Shown here piece after piece: positions 11,199-22,350 of a stretch of 64,000 bases of DNA. Every line of letters begins with the position of its first letter. Position 1 is the stretch's first letter. Under the pieces are notes generated by a model, which was not told where the DNA came from, searched no databases, and saw nothing but the letters and a program-made list of their open reading frames with translations. This stretch comes from Marinilabiliales bacterium (lineage in GTDB: Bacteria > Bacteroidota > Bacteroidia > Bacteroidales > PUMT01). Both the position numbers and the translations under genes were made by a program. Where the stretch lies: the NCBI GenBank assembly GCA_007695015.1, contig REEN01000064.1, positions 1,087 through 65,086 on the forward strand, in the 5' to 3' direction.

Positions 11199-12023
11199 TT
11201 ATTTTTTCCTTTTCTCTACAATATACCTGCTTGAAGCCTTCTTTTTCGAACGGGTCTTGTAACCCTTTGCAGGCAATCCGGTTCTTGACCTGGGGTGTCC
11301 GCCTGAAGCACGTCCTTCCCCGCCACCCATCGGATGATCAACCGGGTTCATCACAACACCCCGCACCCTCGGCCTGCGTCCCAGCCAGCGGCTGCGGCCG
11401 GCCTTGCCGGAACGTTCAAGTGCATTGTCAGGATTGGATACCGACCCGATTGTAGCACGGCAGGTAACAAGTACCATCCTCATCTCGCCCGAAGGAAGCT
11501 TGATAATGGCATACTTTCCTTCACGGCTGGTAAGCTGGGCATATGAACCTGCGCTTCTTGCCATTGCCGCGCCCTTGCCAGGCTGCAGCTCAATATTATG
11601 AACTACCGTACCAAGGGGTATATCCGAAAGGAACAGTGTGTTTCCTATCTCCGGCGCCACATCCTTCCCAGACATGATTGTCTGTCCAATCTTCAATCCT
11701 GCCGGCGCAACTATATACCTTTTTTCGCCGTCAGCATAAACCACAAGTGCGATCCTCGCCGAACGGTTGGGATCATACTCAACAGTTTTTACCACGGCAG
11801 GAATTCCATCCTTGTTCCTTTTGAAGTCTATGACCCGGTAACGGCGCTTATGGCCGCCGCCCAGATACCTCATTGTCATCTTGCCCTGGTTGTTCCTCCC
11901 GCCCGACTTCTTATGCGGTGCAAGGAGCGACTTCTCGGGCTTTCCAGTGGTGATATGCTCGAAAGTCGATTTTATCTTGTGCCTCTGCCCCGGGGTAACC
12001 GGGTTTAATTTACGTACTGCCAT
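11199..12023 (-). CDS. rplB: 50S ribosomal protein L2
   Basis: 274 aa with [16 protein letters not shown]... and ...[23 protein letters not shown]..., typical of L2. Confidence 0.97.
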   Translation of the reverse strand: MAVRKLNPVTPGQRHKIKSTFEHITTGKPEKSLLAPHKKSGGRNNQGKMTMRYLGGGHKRRYRVIDFKRNKDGIPAVVKTVEYDPNRSARIALVVYADGEKRYIVAPAGLKIGQTIMSGKDVAPEIGNTLFLSDIPLGTVVHNIELQPGKGAAMARSAGSYAQLTSREGKYAIIKLPSGEMRMVLVTCRATIGSVSNPDNALERSGKAGRSRWLGRRPRVRGVVMNPVDHPMGGGEGRASGGHPRSRTGLPAKGYKTRSKKKASSRYIVEKRKK

Positions 12024-12089
12024 TTTTGTAGAAACTCTATTCTGTTATTATTATCCCCCTTTCGGAGAAGAAAACGCCTTCCCTGTTCA

Positions 12090-12380
12090 CTATATATTAC
12101 TATAGAAATCAATCACTTCACCCTCGGCAAGAGTTACAATCGCCTTTTTGAATGATCCTGTCTTGCCGTGTATCATCCCGGTCTTGGTATACCTGGATTT
12201 GGACTTGCCTCCGTAAATAATGGTGTTTACCGCATCTACCCGCACATCATACATCTCTTCCACGGCCTTTTTTATCTGTATTTTATTGGCCTTCTTATCT
12301 ACAATAAAACCATACCTGTTCAGCTTCTCGCCGAGATTGGTCATTTTTTCGGTAATGATCGGTTTTTTTATAATTTCCAT
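12090..12380 (-). CDS. rplW: 50S ribosomal protein L23
   Basis: 96 aa with ...KPIITEKMT... and ...F.VDKKANK.QIK.AVE.MY.V.V..VNT.... Sits between rplD and rplB. Confidence 0.93.
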   Translation of the reverse strand: MEIIKKPIITEKMTNLGEKLNRYGFIVDKKANKIQIKKAVEEMYDVRVDAVNTIIYGGKSKSRYTKTGMIHGKTGSFKKAIVTLAEGEVIDFYSNI

Positions 12381-12385
12381 GATTA

Positions 12386-13024
12386 TTACTGTTTCCGGTT
12401 GCTTAACATGTTATCCAGGATATCGACAGAGCTCTCGGCAATTAAAAGTACCGATGCGTTCATGATGTCATATGTATTCAGTTCTGACGCGGTGATGACC
12501 TTTGCGCCCTGCAGATTGCGAGATGACAGATATATGTTGTTGTTCTGTTCATTCAGCACCAGCAGTGATTTTTCACCGTTAGCCTTGAGATTGCTGAGGA
12601 ATGCGGCATATTCGGCTGTGCGGGGCGCCTCCAGGCTGAAGTCCTCAATAACCCTGATCTTGTCGGATTTGGCCTTGTATGCAAGAGCTGACCTCCTCGC
12701 AAGCTTTTTTACCTTCTTATTCAGCTTGAAGCTGTAATCACGCGGTTGAGGACCAAATGTACGGCCACCGCCCCTGAAAATGGGACTCTTGATATCACCT
12801 GCACGTGCAGTGCCTGTCCCTTTTTGCCTTTTGATCTTCTTGGTACTGCCGGTAATCTCCGAACGCTCCTTGGTCTTGTGAGTGCCCTGCCTTTTGCCGG
12901 CCATGTAATGCTTCACATCAAGATAAATAGCATGATCATTCGGCTCTATTCCGAAGATGCCATCATCCAGGCTTACGTTCCTGCCTGTCTCTTCACCTTT
13001 GATATTATATACTGCTAACTCCAT
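12386..13024 (-). CDS. rplD: 50S ribosomal protein L4
   Basis: 212 aa with ...[26 protein letters not shown]....P.FRGGG..FGP.PRDY, typical of L4. Confidence 0.95.
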   Translation of the reverse strand: MELAVYNIKGEETGRNVSLDDGIFGIEPNDHAIYLDVKHYMAGKRQGTHKTKERSEITGSTKKIKRQKGTGTARAGDIKSPIFRGGGRTFGPQPRDYSFKLNKKVKKLARRSALAYKAKSDKIRVIEDFSLEAPRTAEYAAFLSNLKANGEKSLLVLNEQNNNIYLSSRNLQGAKVITASELNTYDIMNASVLLIAESSVDILDNMLSNRKQ

Positions 13025-13025
13025 C

Positions 13026-13643
13026 TTATTGCTGAATAATTAAATATGAACCTTTCGCACCCGGAACTGATCCCCTGACCAGCAGAAGATTGCTCTCGGG
13101 TATTATCTTTATGACCCTGAGGGATATCATCATAACATTTTCGCCGCCCATCCTTCCGGCCATCCTCATTCCTTTGAATACACGCGAGGGATATGACGAA
13201 CTTCCGATCGATCCGGGCGCACGCATCCTGTTGTGCTGTCCGTGGGTAGCCTGTCCCACTCCTGCAAAACCGTGCCTTTTCACAACACCCTGAAATCCTT
13301 TTCCTTTTGACAACCCGGTAATATCGAGCCAGGTGTCATTCTTCAGCAAGTCAACAGTAATTACATCTCCAAGCTCCACCTCCTGCTTAAAATTGTAAAA
13401 CTCATGAAGTTTCTTTTTAGGGGTGGTTTTTGCCTTCCTGAAGTGCCCTAGCATGGGCTTGTTGCATGACTTCTCCTTCTTCTCGTCAAAGGCAAGCTGA
13501 ACAGCCTCATAGCCGTCCTTCTCCACCGTCTTTAACTGTGTGACGACACAGGGGCCTGCCTCAATAACCGTACAGGGTGTACTCCTCCCGTCCTCATCAA
13601 ACACCGTGGTCATGCCTATCTTTTTTCCAATTAATCCGGACAT
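13026..13643 (-). CDS. rplC: 50S ribosomal protein L3
   Basis: 205 aa with [19 protein letters not shown]... and ...[16 protein letters not shown]....HG.H...RAPGSIG....P.RVFKG.RMAGRMG. Confidence 0.96.
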   Translation of the reverse strand: MSGLIGKKIGMTTVFDEDGRSTPCTVIEAGPCVVTQLKTVEKDGYEAVQLAFDEKKEKSCNKPMLGHFRKAKTTPKKKLHEFYNFKQEVELGDVITVDLLKNDTWLDITGLSKGKGFQGVVKRHGFAGVGQATHGQHNRMRAPGSIGSSSYPSRVFKGMRMAGRMGGENVMMISLRVIKIIPESNLLLVRGSVPGAKGSYLIIQQ

Positions 13644-13664
13644 CTTATCTCTGTTTACAAAAAA

Positions 13665-13970
13665 TTACACTTTTATTTCAACCTCAACTCCGCTGGGCAA
13701 TTCCAGTTTCATCAGTGCATCTATTGTTTTGGGAGTTGAACTGTATATATCAAGCAGGCGCTTGTATGAACTCAGTTCAAACTGCTCCCTGGATTTCTTA
13801 TTCACAAACGGCGAACGCAGAACCGTGAATATCCTCTTGTGGGTGGGCAGCGGGATCGGCCCGCTCACGATTGCTCCCGTTGTCTTTACGGTCTTAACGA
13901 TCTTTTCGGTCGACTTGTCCACCAGGTTGTGATCGTATGATTTCAGTTTTATTCGTATTTTCTGGCTCAT
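13665..13970 (-). CDS. rpsJ: 30S ribosomal protein S10
   Basis: 101 aa with [17 protein letters not shown]... and ...GPIPLPT....FTVLRSP...K.SREQFE...YKRL.DI. Confidence 0.96.
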   Translation of the reverse strand: MSQKIRIKLKSYDHNLVDKSTEKIVKTVKTTGAIVSGPIPLPTHKRIFTVLRSPFVNKKSREQFELSSYKRLLDIYSSTPKTIDALMKLELPSGVEVEIKV

Positions 13971-13982
13971 TTTATTTGTTGG

Positions 13983-16088
13983 TTATGCTGATTCTTTTCG
14001 CCCGGTTGAGCTTTCCAGTATTTTTTTCGCTATAGCGTCTGTAACCTTTTCGTAATGTGAAAACTCCATTGTTGAAGTGGCTCTTCCCGATGTGAGTGTG
14101 CGCAGCACGGTAACGTAACCGAATTGTTCGGCAAGCGGCACCCTGGCACGAATTATCCTGGCGCCTGCTTTTCCTTCCATCTTTTCGACGTTGCCCCTTC
14201 TTTTATTGAAATCTGATATTACATCTCCCATGTACTCCTCCGGGGTAACAACTTCAACTTTCATTATCGGCTCCAGCAGTACCGGTTTTGTCTTCGGCAG
14301 TGCATGCCTGAAAGCCTGTTTAGCAGCAATTTCAAATGACAGGCTGTCTGAGTCAACATTGTGATATGACCCGTCAACAAGCTCAACCTTGAGGCTCTCG
14401 ACAGGAAATCCTGCCAGTACACCGTTTTGCATAGCCTCTGCAAACCCCTTCTGAACCGAGGGTATGTATTCCTTTGGAATATTGCCTCCCTTGACCTCAT
14501 CAATAAACTGAAGTCCGGTATGCCCCTCATCAGCAGGAGATATTTTTATTATTATGTCGGCAAACTTACCCCTGCCCCCTGTCTGCTTCCTGAACACTTC
14601 CCTGTGTTCAACGGGCATGGTTATAGCTTCCTTGTAGGCCACCTGGGGCGCACCCTGGTTGCACTCAACCTTGAATTCACGCTTAAGCCTGTCAACCAGT
14701 ATCTCAAGGTGCAGTTCTCCCATACCGTTTATCAGTGTCTGGCCGGACTGCTCGTCATACCTCACCTTAAATGTGGGGTCCTCCTCAGAGAGCTTGTTTA
14801 GAGCTATACCCAACTTGTCAATGTCAGCCTGAGTTTTAGGCTCTATTGCCACTCCGATTACCGGTTCGGGAAAAGTGATCGATTCCAGAAGTACGGGCTT
14901 TTTCTCATCACAAAGAGTATCGCCTGTCCGCAGATTCTTGAATCCTACTGCAGCACATATATCACCCGCTTCGATAAACTCCTTAGGAATCTGCTTGTTT
15001 GCATGCATCTGGTACAGCCGGGTAATCCGCTCCTTCTTGCCTGTACGAACATTCAGAACATGGCTCCCGGCCACTATACGTCCGCTGTAGACCCTCAAAA
15101 ACGCAAGACGCCCTACAAACGGGTCGGTAGCTATCTTAAACGCCAGGGCTGACATAGGCTCCGTATGGTCGGGCTTCCTTTCAATCGTTTCGTCGTTGCG
15201 GGGGTTGATGCCCTTTATAGCATCAATATCGACCGGTGACGGCAAAAAGGCTACAATAGCATCCAGCAGGCGCTGTATTCCCTTATTCTTGAAAGCGGCA
15301 CCGCACATTACCGGTACAACGCTCATGCCTATGGTTGCTTTCCTGATGGCAGCTATCAGCTGCTCATTTGTTATTGATCCGGGATCTTCAAGGTACTGCT
15401 CAAGAATGGTGTCGTCGGCATCGGCTACCGATTCGATCAGCCTGCCCCTCCACTCCTGTGCCTCTTCTTCCAAATCATCGGGTATGCCTGTCATTTCATA
15501 GGTGACGCCAAGCTTATCCGCATGCCAGATCACGGCCTTCATCTCGATCAGGTCGACAACACCCCTGAAGTTCTCTTCAGAGCCAATTGGCAACTGCAGG
15601 GGAACAGGGTTCGCTCCAAGCTTCTCATGTATCTGCGACACCACTGTCAGGAAGTCGGCTCCCGAGCGGTCCATTTTGTTAACAAAACCAATACGTGGCA
15701 CCTTATATCTGTCCGCCTGCCTCCATACGGTCTCGGACTGCGGCTCGACACCTCCTACTGCACAAAAAACGGCAACGGCCCCATCCAGTATACGGAGCGA
15801 CCGCTCAACCTCTACAGTAAAATCGACATGGCCGGGTGTATCTATAATATTTATCTTGTAATCTTCATTATTGTATTTCCAGAATGTTGTAGTTGCTGCA
15901 GAGGTAATGGTAATGCCCCGCTCCTGTTCCTGAACCATCCAGTCCATTGTGGCAGCGCCGTCATGCACCTCGCCCATACGGTGAGTTATCCCGGTATAGA
16001 ACAGTATCCTCTCCGTGGTGGTGGTCTTACCGGCATCAATGTGGGCCATAATACCGATGTTTCGCGTATGTTTTAGATTCTTTACCAT
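13983..16088 (-). CDS. fusA: elongation factor G (canonical)
   Basis: 701 aa with G1 AHIDAGKTT, switch I RGITI, G3 DTPGHVDF and G4 NKMD. Sits between rpsG and rpsJ. Confidence 0.97.
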   Translation of the reverse strand: MVKNLKHTRNIGIMAHIDAGKTTTTERILFYTGITHRMGEVHDGAATMDWMVQEQERGITITSAATTTFWKYNNEDYKINIIDTPGHVDFTVEVERSLRILDGAVAVFCAVGGVEPQSETVWRQADRYKVPRIGFVNKMDRSGADFLTVVSQIHEKLGANPVPLQLPIGSEENFRGVVDLIEMKAVIWHADKLGVTYEMTGIPDDLEEEAQEWRGRLIESVADADDTILEQYLEDPGSITNEQLIAAIRKATIGMSVVPVMCGAAFKNKGIQRLLDAIVAFLPSPVDIDAIKGINPRNDETIERKPDHTEPMSALAFKIATDPFVGRLAFLRVYSGRIVAGSHVLNVRTGKKERITRLYQMHANKQIPKEFIEAGDICAAVGFKNLRTGDTLCDEKKPVLLESITFPEPVIGVAIEPKTQADIDKLGIALNKLSEEDPTFKVRYDEQSGQTLINGMGELHLEILVDRLKREFKVECNQGAPQVAYKEAITMPVEHREVFRKQTGGRGKFADIIIKISPADEGHTGLQFIDEVKGGNIPKEYIPSVQKGFAEAMQNGVLAGFPVESLKVELVDGSYHNVDSDSLSFEIAAKQAFRHALPKTKPVLLEPIMKVEVVTPEEYMGDVISDFNKRRGNVEKMEGKAGARIIRARVPLAEQFGYVTVLRTLTSGRATSTMEFSHYEKVTDAIAKKILESSTGRKESA

Positions 16089-16130
16089 TTATATATTATA
16101 CAATCTCTCTGCTTCTGTTGTCCGGTCCCT

Positions 16131-16607
16131 TTAGAACCTGAAATGGGCAAAAGCCTTGTTCGCCTCAGCCATCCTGTGCATATCCTCTTTTCTTTTGAAA
16201 GCGGCGCCTTCCTCATTAAATGCAGCCACTATCTCAGCTGCCAGCTTGTCGGCCATGGTTTTTCCGGCACGTTTGCGCGAAAAAAGGATCATGTTCTTCA
16301 TGCTGATAGAAACCTTTCTCTCCGACCTTACCTCCTGCGGTACCTGGAAAGTGGCTCCTCCAACCCTGCGGCTCTTAACCTCTACCATGGGGGTAATGTT
16401 CTCAAGTGCTTTCTTCCAAACCTCGAGAGGTGGTTTGCCTGATTCCTTTGTCTTTTTCTCTACGATATCCATTGCATCGTAAAAGATATTGAATGAAAGG
16501 CTCTTCTTACCCTGATACATCATATTGTTTACAAACCGGGTAACCTCAATGTCTCCATATTTCGGATCCGGAAGCAGGATTCTCTTCTTTGGTTTTGACT
16601 TTCTCAT
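16131..16607 (-). CDS. rpsG: 30S ribosomal protein S7
   Basis: 158 aa with [19 protein letters not shown]... and ...[20 protein letters not shown], typical of S7. Confidence 0.96.
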   Translation of the reverse strand: MRKSKPKKRILLPDPKYGDIEVTRFVNNMMYQGKKSLSFNIFYDAMDIVEKKTKESGKPPLEVWKKALENITPMVEVKSRRVGGATFQVPQEVRSERKVSISMKNMILFSRKRAGKTMADKLAAEIVAAFNEEGAAFKRKEDMHRMAEANKAFAHFRF

Positions 16608-16627
16608 CTGCTTATGCTGATTTTATT

Positions 16628-17008
16628 TTATTTTTTAACCTTTGGCCTCTTTGTGCCGTATTTTGACCTTCTTTGCGTACGTCCCTCTACCCCTGAGGTG
16701 TCCAGTGCACCGCGAATCAGGTGGTATCTCACACCGGGCAGATCCTTGACCCTGCCGCCCCTGATCAGTACAATAGAGTGTTCCTGCAGGTTATGACCCT
16801 CACCGGGGATATATGAATTCACTTCCTTCCCGTTGGTAAGCCTTACCCTGGCCACTTTCCTCATGGCCGAATTGGGTTTTTTCGGTGTGGTAGTATATAC
16901 GCGCACGCAAACACCCCTTCTTTGAGGGCATGCATCCAGAGCAGGAGCCTTCTTCTTTTCGGTAAGCCTGGTCCTTCCTTTTCTTACTAACTGCTGAATT
17001 GTAGGCAT
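16628..17008 (-). CDS. rpsL: 30S ribosomal protein S12
   Basis: 126 aa with [12 protein letters not shown]... and ...[51 protein letters not shown], typical of S12. Confidence 0.97.
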   Translation of the reverse strand: MPTIQQLVRKGRTRLTEKKKAPALDACPQRRGVCVRVYTTTPKKPNSAMRKVARVRLTNGKEVNSYIPGEGHNLQEHSIVLIRGGRVKDLPGVRYHLIRGALDTSGVEGRTQRRSKYGTKRPKVKK

Positions 17009-17053
17009 AGAGATTAATTCAAATATTTATAAACATTTTATTAAACGGGTGTG

Positions 17054-17082
17054 CAAAGGTATACTTTTTTTTGCAAAAACAA
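17054..17082 (-). promoter_or_regulatory. candidate Bacteroidota-type promoter for the rpsL operon (TTG-N18-TAccTTTG)
   Basis: Minus strand reads cTTGtttttgcaaaaaaaagtaTACCTTTGc. The -7 box TAnnTTTG (plus 17054-17061 = caaaggta) ends ~45 nt upstream of the rpsL ATG. Recognised by eye only. Confidence 0.4.
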
Positions 17083-17441
17083 GAATCATTAATTAATATT
17101 TTCCTTCGCTTCTCCCCTGTTTGCAGGCGGTATTACATCTGCACGATGTCAGCCTTCTCCCCTGCCCGGTTAAACCGGCGCTGTTCTTCCGGCAATCCAC
17201 ATCCCTTCAACCTTGTCTGTCCAATCAGGCAACAATCTGATCATCCTGTCTCCGCCACACAATATATAATATTATGTATGCTGCAAACAGGCTTGCCAGG
17301 TGATCAGTAAATTCGAAAATAGAGTAACCCTGTATAACAGAAACTGTTTAAGGGGAATGTACTTAGTACGGTACCCTTCCGAAGGTCTGCAAAGGTAATA
17401 AAAAAGTTTTTCCGGTCAACAAATTTTCAGTGAAAATCGAT

Positions 17442-19778
17442 TTATTTTAACGGATACCTCAGGGTCCGTTCATCGGCAATCGGTCCGTTCCAATCCATTC
17501 CAAAGGCAAAACCGTAATAATTTCCTTCGCTGTCGCGGTAAACTTCCATATCATGGGGGACGTCCTCAAACTGTTCTTCAACCGTGCGCATATTTGCCGG
17601 CATCTGAAGGGGCAGAAGCCCCTGTGGCACAGATTTCCCCGAAAGGATATCCATCAGGACCTGATCCTGAACGCCGAAGTGAACAACAATGGCATCGGCA
17701 AGCGGCTCAATTTCGCTGAAAACGGTTGGATTAGACATATTCATAACTACTATCACCGGCCGGTCACCCATCTTGTGGCGTGTCTGCCTGACAAGGTCAA
17801 GATCGGCCGTATTCCTTACAGTCACTGTTTTACCCCGGTAGGAACGGTTGGTAAAATTTTCCAACGGATCACCCCCGGCGATGCTTTCCTCCCTGGCATG
17901 GATAGCGGTATAGGGCCCGTACTGCAGACTTATCGGGATGTAACCGTTCCCGCCTGTACTGACGTCATCCCTGCTGTACCCTCTTCCCCGGTCAGGGCTC
18001 TCAATAAAAACGAATGCATAATCTGCATTATAAGGATCAGAAGTGACCCTGAAATACTTCCCGGCAATCTCAAGGCTTACCGGGTACTCATGACGCTCAG
18101 GGGTTGTCATTCCAAACCAGTTCATCCCTGAGGGGATAAAACGCCCGGGTATGTATACAGTGGCTTCTTTACCGGCAGGCAGTACACCACCCGAATTCTT
18201 GAGCATTACAACCGATTTCAGCTGTGCATCATAGCCTGCCTTCATAAATTCAGGATTACCAACAGTCCGCCTTGTCTCATCCGGGTCAACGTAGGGGTTC
18301 TCAAAAAGCCCTGTGCGGAACATGTTAAGCAGCAGCCTTTTTGCAGATTTTTCAAAACGGCGGCGCATCTGGTCCTCGCCGTACCTGGCTACACCCATAA
18401 AATAGGCTTCTATCACCGGACCCGCATCGTTGTTGCCCCCGAACTGGTCTACCCCGGCCATTATGGCTTTGTAGTGCTTTTCGGCTTCTGACAGCTCCTC
18501 CACTCCCCAGCCGGCACTCCCGAACTGGTCAACTGCCGTGGCAGTACGCGTAACACCCCAGTCAGTGCAGACCACCCCCCCGTATCCGTACCTCTCCCTC
18601 AGCAGGTCGGTAATGATGTACCTGCTGAAAGCGTTGCCTGTATTCTCTCCATAGACAGTATCCTGTTGCCATGAGATGGTATAGTAGGGCATTACGGCAG
18701 ATGCCTGTTTGGTACCCCCCTCCAGCCTGAAAGCCCCCTCAACAAAAGGCTTAAGCTGCTCTTCGAGATTGTTGCCCGGATAGACCGCATACTTGCCGAA
18801 GGCATAATGGGCATCCCTTCCGCCCTCTCCGGTGCCCCCGCCGGGCCAGTGCTTCACCATCGCATTCACGCTTTCCCTTCCCCAGCCACTGCCGGTAGCT
18901 GTTATGGTGGACTGGAAACCGTCTATATATGCCCTGGTCATATCTGTTACAAGAACAGGGTCCTCACCGAATGTGCCTCTCACACGGCTCCACCGCGGAT
19001 CGGTTGCCAGGTCAGCCATCGGCGAAAGTGCCGTTGCAAGTCCGAGTGCCCGGTATTCAATTGAAGCTACCCTGCCGAACTCATATACAATGTCAGGGTC
19101 AAAGGTTGCAGCAAGTCCGAGTGCACCAGGCCACATCGATATATCACCACCGGCACCGGCATCAAATTCGGCGCTTGCAACAGTGCCGTGCCGCGGATCG
19201 GAGCTGTTGTTGGCGGGTATTCCGTGTCCTAAACCTTCAACGAATCCCTGCACCCTGTTGTTCCACCTGGCAGCAGTCTCCGGACTTTGCACAAAGGTCA
19301 CCAGTATATGCCTGAGATTGTCGTACTTGAGAAAATGTTTCTGCTGATCGGACAGATCCCAGGGGTCGGCGCCGCTCTCCTCAAAACTGATCCCCCCGTA
19401 GGTATTGACTGCAAACCTCGATGAGCGTGCCGGAACGGACTGGTGCCCGCTGTACAGCATCAGTCCCGCTATCTCCTGTATGCTCAGCCGGGAAGCAAGG
19501 TCCCTGGCCCTCTCTTCCGGCGAAAGCCGCCAGTCCTCATACCGGTCAAGCTTCCCGTTACCGTTAAGGTCCTTGAAGGCAAACCCCCTGTCGGTTATAA
19601 TTTCAACCCCCGATAATGGTGAATAAGCGATGTCGGTACCGCCACTGTTTGTAACAAGCACAAATTCGCCCCTGTCGTGTTTTTCCCACAATTGATCATA
19701 GGTGCATGAGGATGTAAAAGCCAGGGCCAGCAAAGTCCGGACTGATAAAACTGTTGGCCTGAATACAGATGCCTGCAT
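17442..19778 (-). CDS. glycoside hydrolase family 3 (beta-glucosidase/xylosidase-like) lipoprotein
   Basis: GH3 hallmarks are KHWPGGGTGEGGRDAH and nucleophile context GVVCTDWG, with a C-terminal beta-sandwich. I place the start at ATG 19776-19778 (MQASVFRPTVLSVRTLLALAFTSSC, signal plus lipobox Cys). The ORF track extends to 19805. Confidence 0.85.
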   Translation of the reverse strand: MQASVFRPTVLSVRTLLALAFTSSCTYDQLWEKHDRGEFVLVTNSGGTDIAYSPLSGVEIITDRGFAFKDLNGNGKLDRYEDWRLSPEERARDLASRLSIQEIAGLMLYSGHQSVPARSSRFAVNTYGGISFEESGADPWDLSDQQKHFLKYDNLRHILVTFVQSPETAARWNNRVQGFVEGLGHGIPANNSSDPRHGTVASAEFDAGAGGDISMWPGALGLAATFDPDIVYEFGRVASIEYRALGLATALSPMADLATDPRWSRVRGTFGEDPVLVTDMTRAYIDGFQSTITATGSGWGRESVNAMVKHWPGGGTGEGGRDAHYAFGKYAVYPGNNLEEQLKPFVEGAFRLEGGTKQASAVMPYYTISWQQDTVYGENTGNAFSRYIITDLLRERYGYGGVVCTDWGVTRTATAVDQFGSAGWGVEELSEAEKHYKAIMAGVDQFGGNNDAGPVIEAYFMGVARYGEDQMRRRFEKSAKRLLLNMFRTGLFENPYVDPDETRRTVGNPEFMKAGYDAQLKSVVMLKNSGGVLPAGKEATVYIPGRFIPSGMNWFGMTTPERHEYPVSLEIAGKYFRVTSDPYNADYAFVFIESPDRGRGYSRDDVSTGGNGYIPISLQYGPYTAIHAREESIAGGDPLENFTNRSYRGKTVTVRNTADLDLVRQTRHKMGDRPVIVVMNMSNPTVFSEIEPLADAIVVHFGVQDQVLMDILSGKSVPQGLLPLQMPANMRTVEEQFEDVPHDMEVYRDSEGNYYGFAFGMDWNGPIADERTLRYPLK

Positions 19779-19926
19779 AATGTTATCACTTTCGGTACGG
19801 AACACAGAAGCCCTGATCAGCTAATCAATATATGTTAACAGCAAAATTATCAAATATGGGCAATAGGGGCGCAAAGCTTAACAATACTTAACATATTCCC
19901 ATAATAGACATATTGATAACCGATAA

Positions 19927-19957
19927 TTGAATCTTGCATAAAAATTTATTACTTTTG
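19927..19957 (+). promoter_or_regulatory. candidate promoter for the EF-G paralog (TTG-N20-TActTTTG)
   Basis: aaTTGaatcttgcataaaaatttatTACTTTTGg. The TAnnTTTG box at 19950-19957 lies ~95 nt upstream of ATG 20054. Confidence 0.4.
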
Positions 19958-20053
19958 GGGTCCCGCTTGCAACCTGCAGGTCATTTATCATTACAGATCA
20001 GGACATTAACACAGACAAAGCATTATATAATCCAATTAAACAACACGACAGAT

Positions 20054-22210
20054 ATGAAAACATACCAGACCGACCAGATAAGCAACATTGTGGTTTGCGG
20101 AAATCCCAAATCAGGGAAAACAACTCTGGTGGAGGCCATGCTTTTTGAAGGAGGAGTAATTGAAAGGAGGGGCGCGGTTGAAAGCAGGAATACTGTCTCA
20201 GATTACAACGAGATCGAGCACGAGAACGAGAACTCGGTATTTGCTACAGTATTGTACACTGAGTACGCCGAAAAAAAGATCAATATAATAGATACTCCCG
20301 GACTTGATGACTTCAGCGGGGGATTGATTACAGCGCTGCGACCGGCAGATTCGGCCCTGATGCTGATTAACGGGCAGCATGGTGTTGAAATAGGCACCGA
20401 GATACAGGGCAGGCACCTCGAATCACATGAAAAACCTGTCATCGTGGCAGTAAACCAGCTGGATCATGACAAGGCCAATTTCGAAAAAGTCGTGGAGACT
20501 CTCAAGCAGAGTTACGGCAGCAAGGCGGTAATTGTGCAGTACCCTGTCAGCACCGGCGAAGGGTTCAACTCGTTTATCGATGTTGTTAAGATGAAGATGT
20601 ACAACTACCCGGCCGATGGCGGCAACCCTGAAATTTCTGATATTCCGGGCGACCAGGCAGACCGTGCCGAAGAGCTCCGCAACGAGCTTATCGAGGCTGC
20701 AGCAGAAAATGATGAGAACCTGATGGAGACATTTTTCGACAAGGGTACACTTGACGAGGAGGAGATGCTCAGAGGCATAAAGCTGGGAATCAGCTCACGG
20801 AACATGTTTCCTGTTCTCTGCATATCTGCAAAAAAGAACATGGGTGTCGGCAGGCTTCTTGAGTTCATTGCCACCGCTGCTCCCGGCCCGCACGAAACGG
20901 CACCCGCCGTTACAAAAGATGGCGACCAGGTGAAATGTGACTCCTCCGGGCCCGCTTCGGTATTCGTGTTCAAGACAAGCCTTGAGCAGCATATCGGCGA
21001 GATCAATTTTTTCAAGGTAATGTCGGGCGAGATAACCGAAAGCATGGACCTTGTAAACACCAATAACTCATCAAAGGAGAGGTTCTCTCAGCTGCTTGTT
21101 GTTGCAGGCAAGACGCGCAACAAGGTGAGCAAGCTGGTTGCCGGCGACATCGGTGCAACAGTAAAGCTTAAGAATACCAAGGCAAACCATACCCTAACCG
21201 CTCCCGGCAAACCGGTCGAGTTTGAGCCCATCGTCTACCCCGAGCCCAAATTCCGGACCGCCATCAAGGCAAAGAGCGAATCGGACGACGAAAAGCTGGG
21301 CGAAGCCCTTTCAAGAATGCACGACGAGGATCCCACCATCGTGATTGAGTACTCCAAGGAACTGAAGCAGATAATTGTATACGGTCAGGGCGAGTATCAC
21401 CTCAACATCCTGAAATGGCACCTTGACAACATCTTCAAGATAGAGACCGATTTCATTACCCCGAAGATCCCCTACCGCGAAACCATAACCAAAACAGCCC
21501 AGGCTACCTACCGTCACAAGAAGCAGTCGGGTGGCGCCGGACAGTTCGGCGAGGTGCATATGGTGATCGAGCCATATGCCGAGGATATGCCCGACCCTGT
21601 CAAGTACAAGGTCGACGGCAAGGAGATTAATGTTTCCGTGAGGGGCAAGGAGGAGCATAAGCTTCCATGGGGAGGCATGCTGGTCTATTTCAACTGCATC
21701 GTAGGCGGATCGATCGATGCCCGCTTTATGCCCGCCATACTCAAGGGCATCATGGAAAAGATGGAAGAGGGGCCGCTCACGGGGTCATATGCCCGTGATA
21801 TCAGGGTGTCTGTTTACGACGGTAAGATGCACCCTGTCGACTCCAACGAGATATCCTTCAAGCTGGCAGGCCGTAACGCCTTCAGGGAGGCCTTCAAAAA
21901 TGCGGCTCCCCGCATCCTTGAGCCTATCTACGATGTAGAGGTGCTTGTTCCCTCTGAGAGGATGGGTGATGTGATGAGCGACCTGCAGGGCCGCCGTGCC
22001 ATGATCGAGGGTATGACCAGCGAGAAGGGCTTCGAAAAGATCAAGGCCAGGGTGCCCCTGGCAGAGATGGCCAAATACTCGACGGCTCTGAGCTCACTTA
22101 CCAACGGCCGCGCCACCTACACCATGAAGATGGCCAAATACGAAACTGTCCCCGGCGACCTCCAGGAGAAGCTGCTCAAAGCCTACGAAGCCGAGCAGGA
22201 AGAAGAATAG
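20054..22210 (+). CDS. EF-G paralog (EF-G2-like) with degenerate GTPase catalytic motifs
   Basis: 718 aa from ATG 20054 (MKTYQTDQISNIVVCGNPKSGKTT...). Full EF-G domain order, and the C-terminal RVPLAEMAKYSTALSSLTNGRATYTM parallels fusA. The G-domain reads GNPKSGKT, DTPGL (no catalytic His) and NQLD. The 40 upstream codons in the ORF track (TTG start) look non-coding. Confidence 0.88.
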   Translation: MKTYQTDQISNIVVCGNPKSGKTTLVEAMLFEGGVIERRGAVESRNTVSDYNEIEHENENSVFATVLYTEYAEKKINIIDTPGLDDFSGGLITALRPADSALMLINGQHGVEIGTEIQGRHLESHEKPVIVAVNQLDHDKANFEKVVETLKQSYGSKAVIVQYPVSTGEGFNSFIDVVKMKMYNYPADGGNPEISDIPGDQADRAEELRNELIEAAAENDENLMETFFDKGTLDEEEMLRGIKLGISSRNMFPVLCISAKKNMGVGRLLEFIATAAPGPHETAPAVTKDGDQVKCDSSGPASVFVFKTSLEQHIGEINFFKVMSGEITESMDLVNTNNSSKERFSQLLVVAGKTRNKVSKLVAGDIGATVKLKNTKANHTLTAPGKPVEFEPIVYPEPKFRTAIKAKSESDDEKLGEALSRMHDEDPTIVIEYSKELKQIIVYGQGEYHLNILKWHLDNIFKIETDFITPKIPYRETITKTAQATYRHKKQSGGAGQFGEVHMVIEPYAEDMPDPVKYKVDGKEINVSVRGKEEHKLPWGGMLVYFNCIVGGSIDARFMPAILKGIMEKMEEGPLTGSYARDIRVSVYDGKMHPVDSNEISFKLAGRNAFREAFKNAAPRILEPIYDVEVLVPSERMGDVMSDLQGRRAMIEGMTSEKGFEKIKARVPLAEMAKYSTALSSLTNGRATYTMKMAKYETVPGDLQEKLLKAYEAEQEEE

Positions 22211-22280
22211 TATCATCGGGGCCGGGGATCCCCTTTCGGGGAAGCCGACAACACCCCGCACCGACATAACCGCATAAAGC

Positions 22281-22312
22281 AAAGGCTGCCTTTAACCGGG
22301 CAGCCTTTTTCA
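22281..22312. terminator. intrinsic terminator hairpin between convergent EF-G paralog and MscS genes
   Basis: 9-bp perfect stem aaggctgcc (22282-22290) / ggcagcctt (22299-22307), 8-nt loop, followed by a T5 run. Confidence 0.7.
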
Positions 22313-22350
22313 GTAATTTCAGGATTATTGGCTGTCACATCCGGTCGCGG

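Noticed and set aside
19934-20053. 40-codon N-terminal extension of the EF-G paralog (ORF track start at 19934)
   Set aside because: The extension begins with TTG, covers the candidate TAnnTTTG promoter box and has no EF-G homology. ATG 20054 puts the P-loop at the normal distance from the N-terminus.
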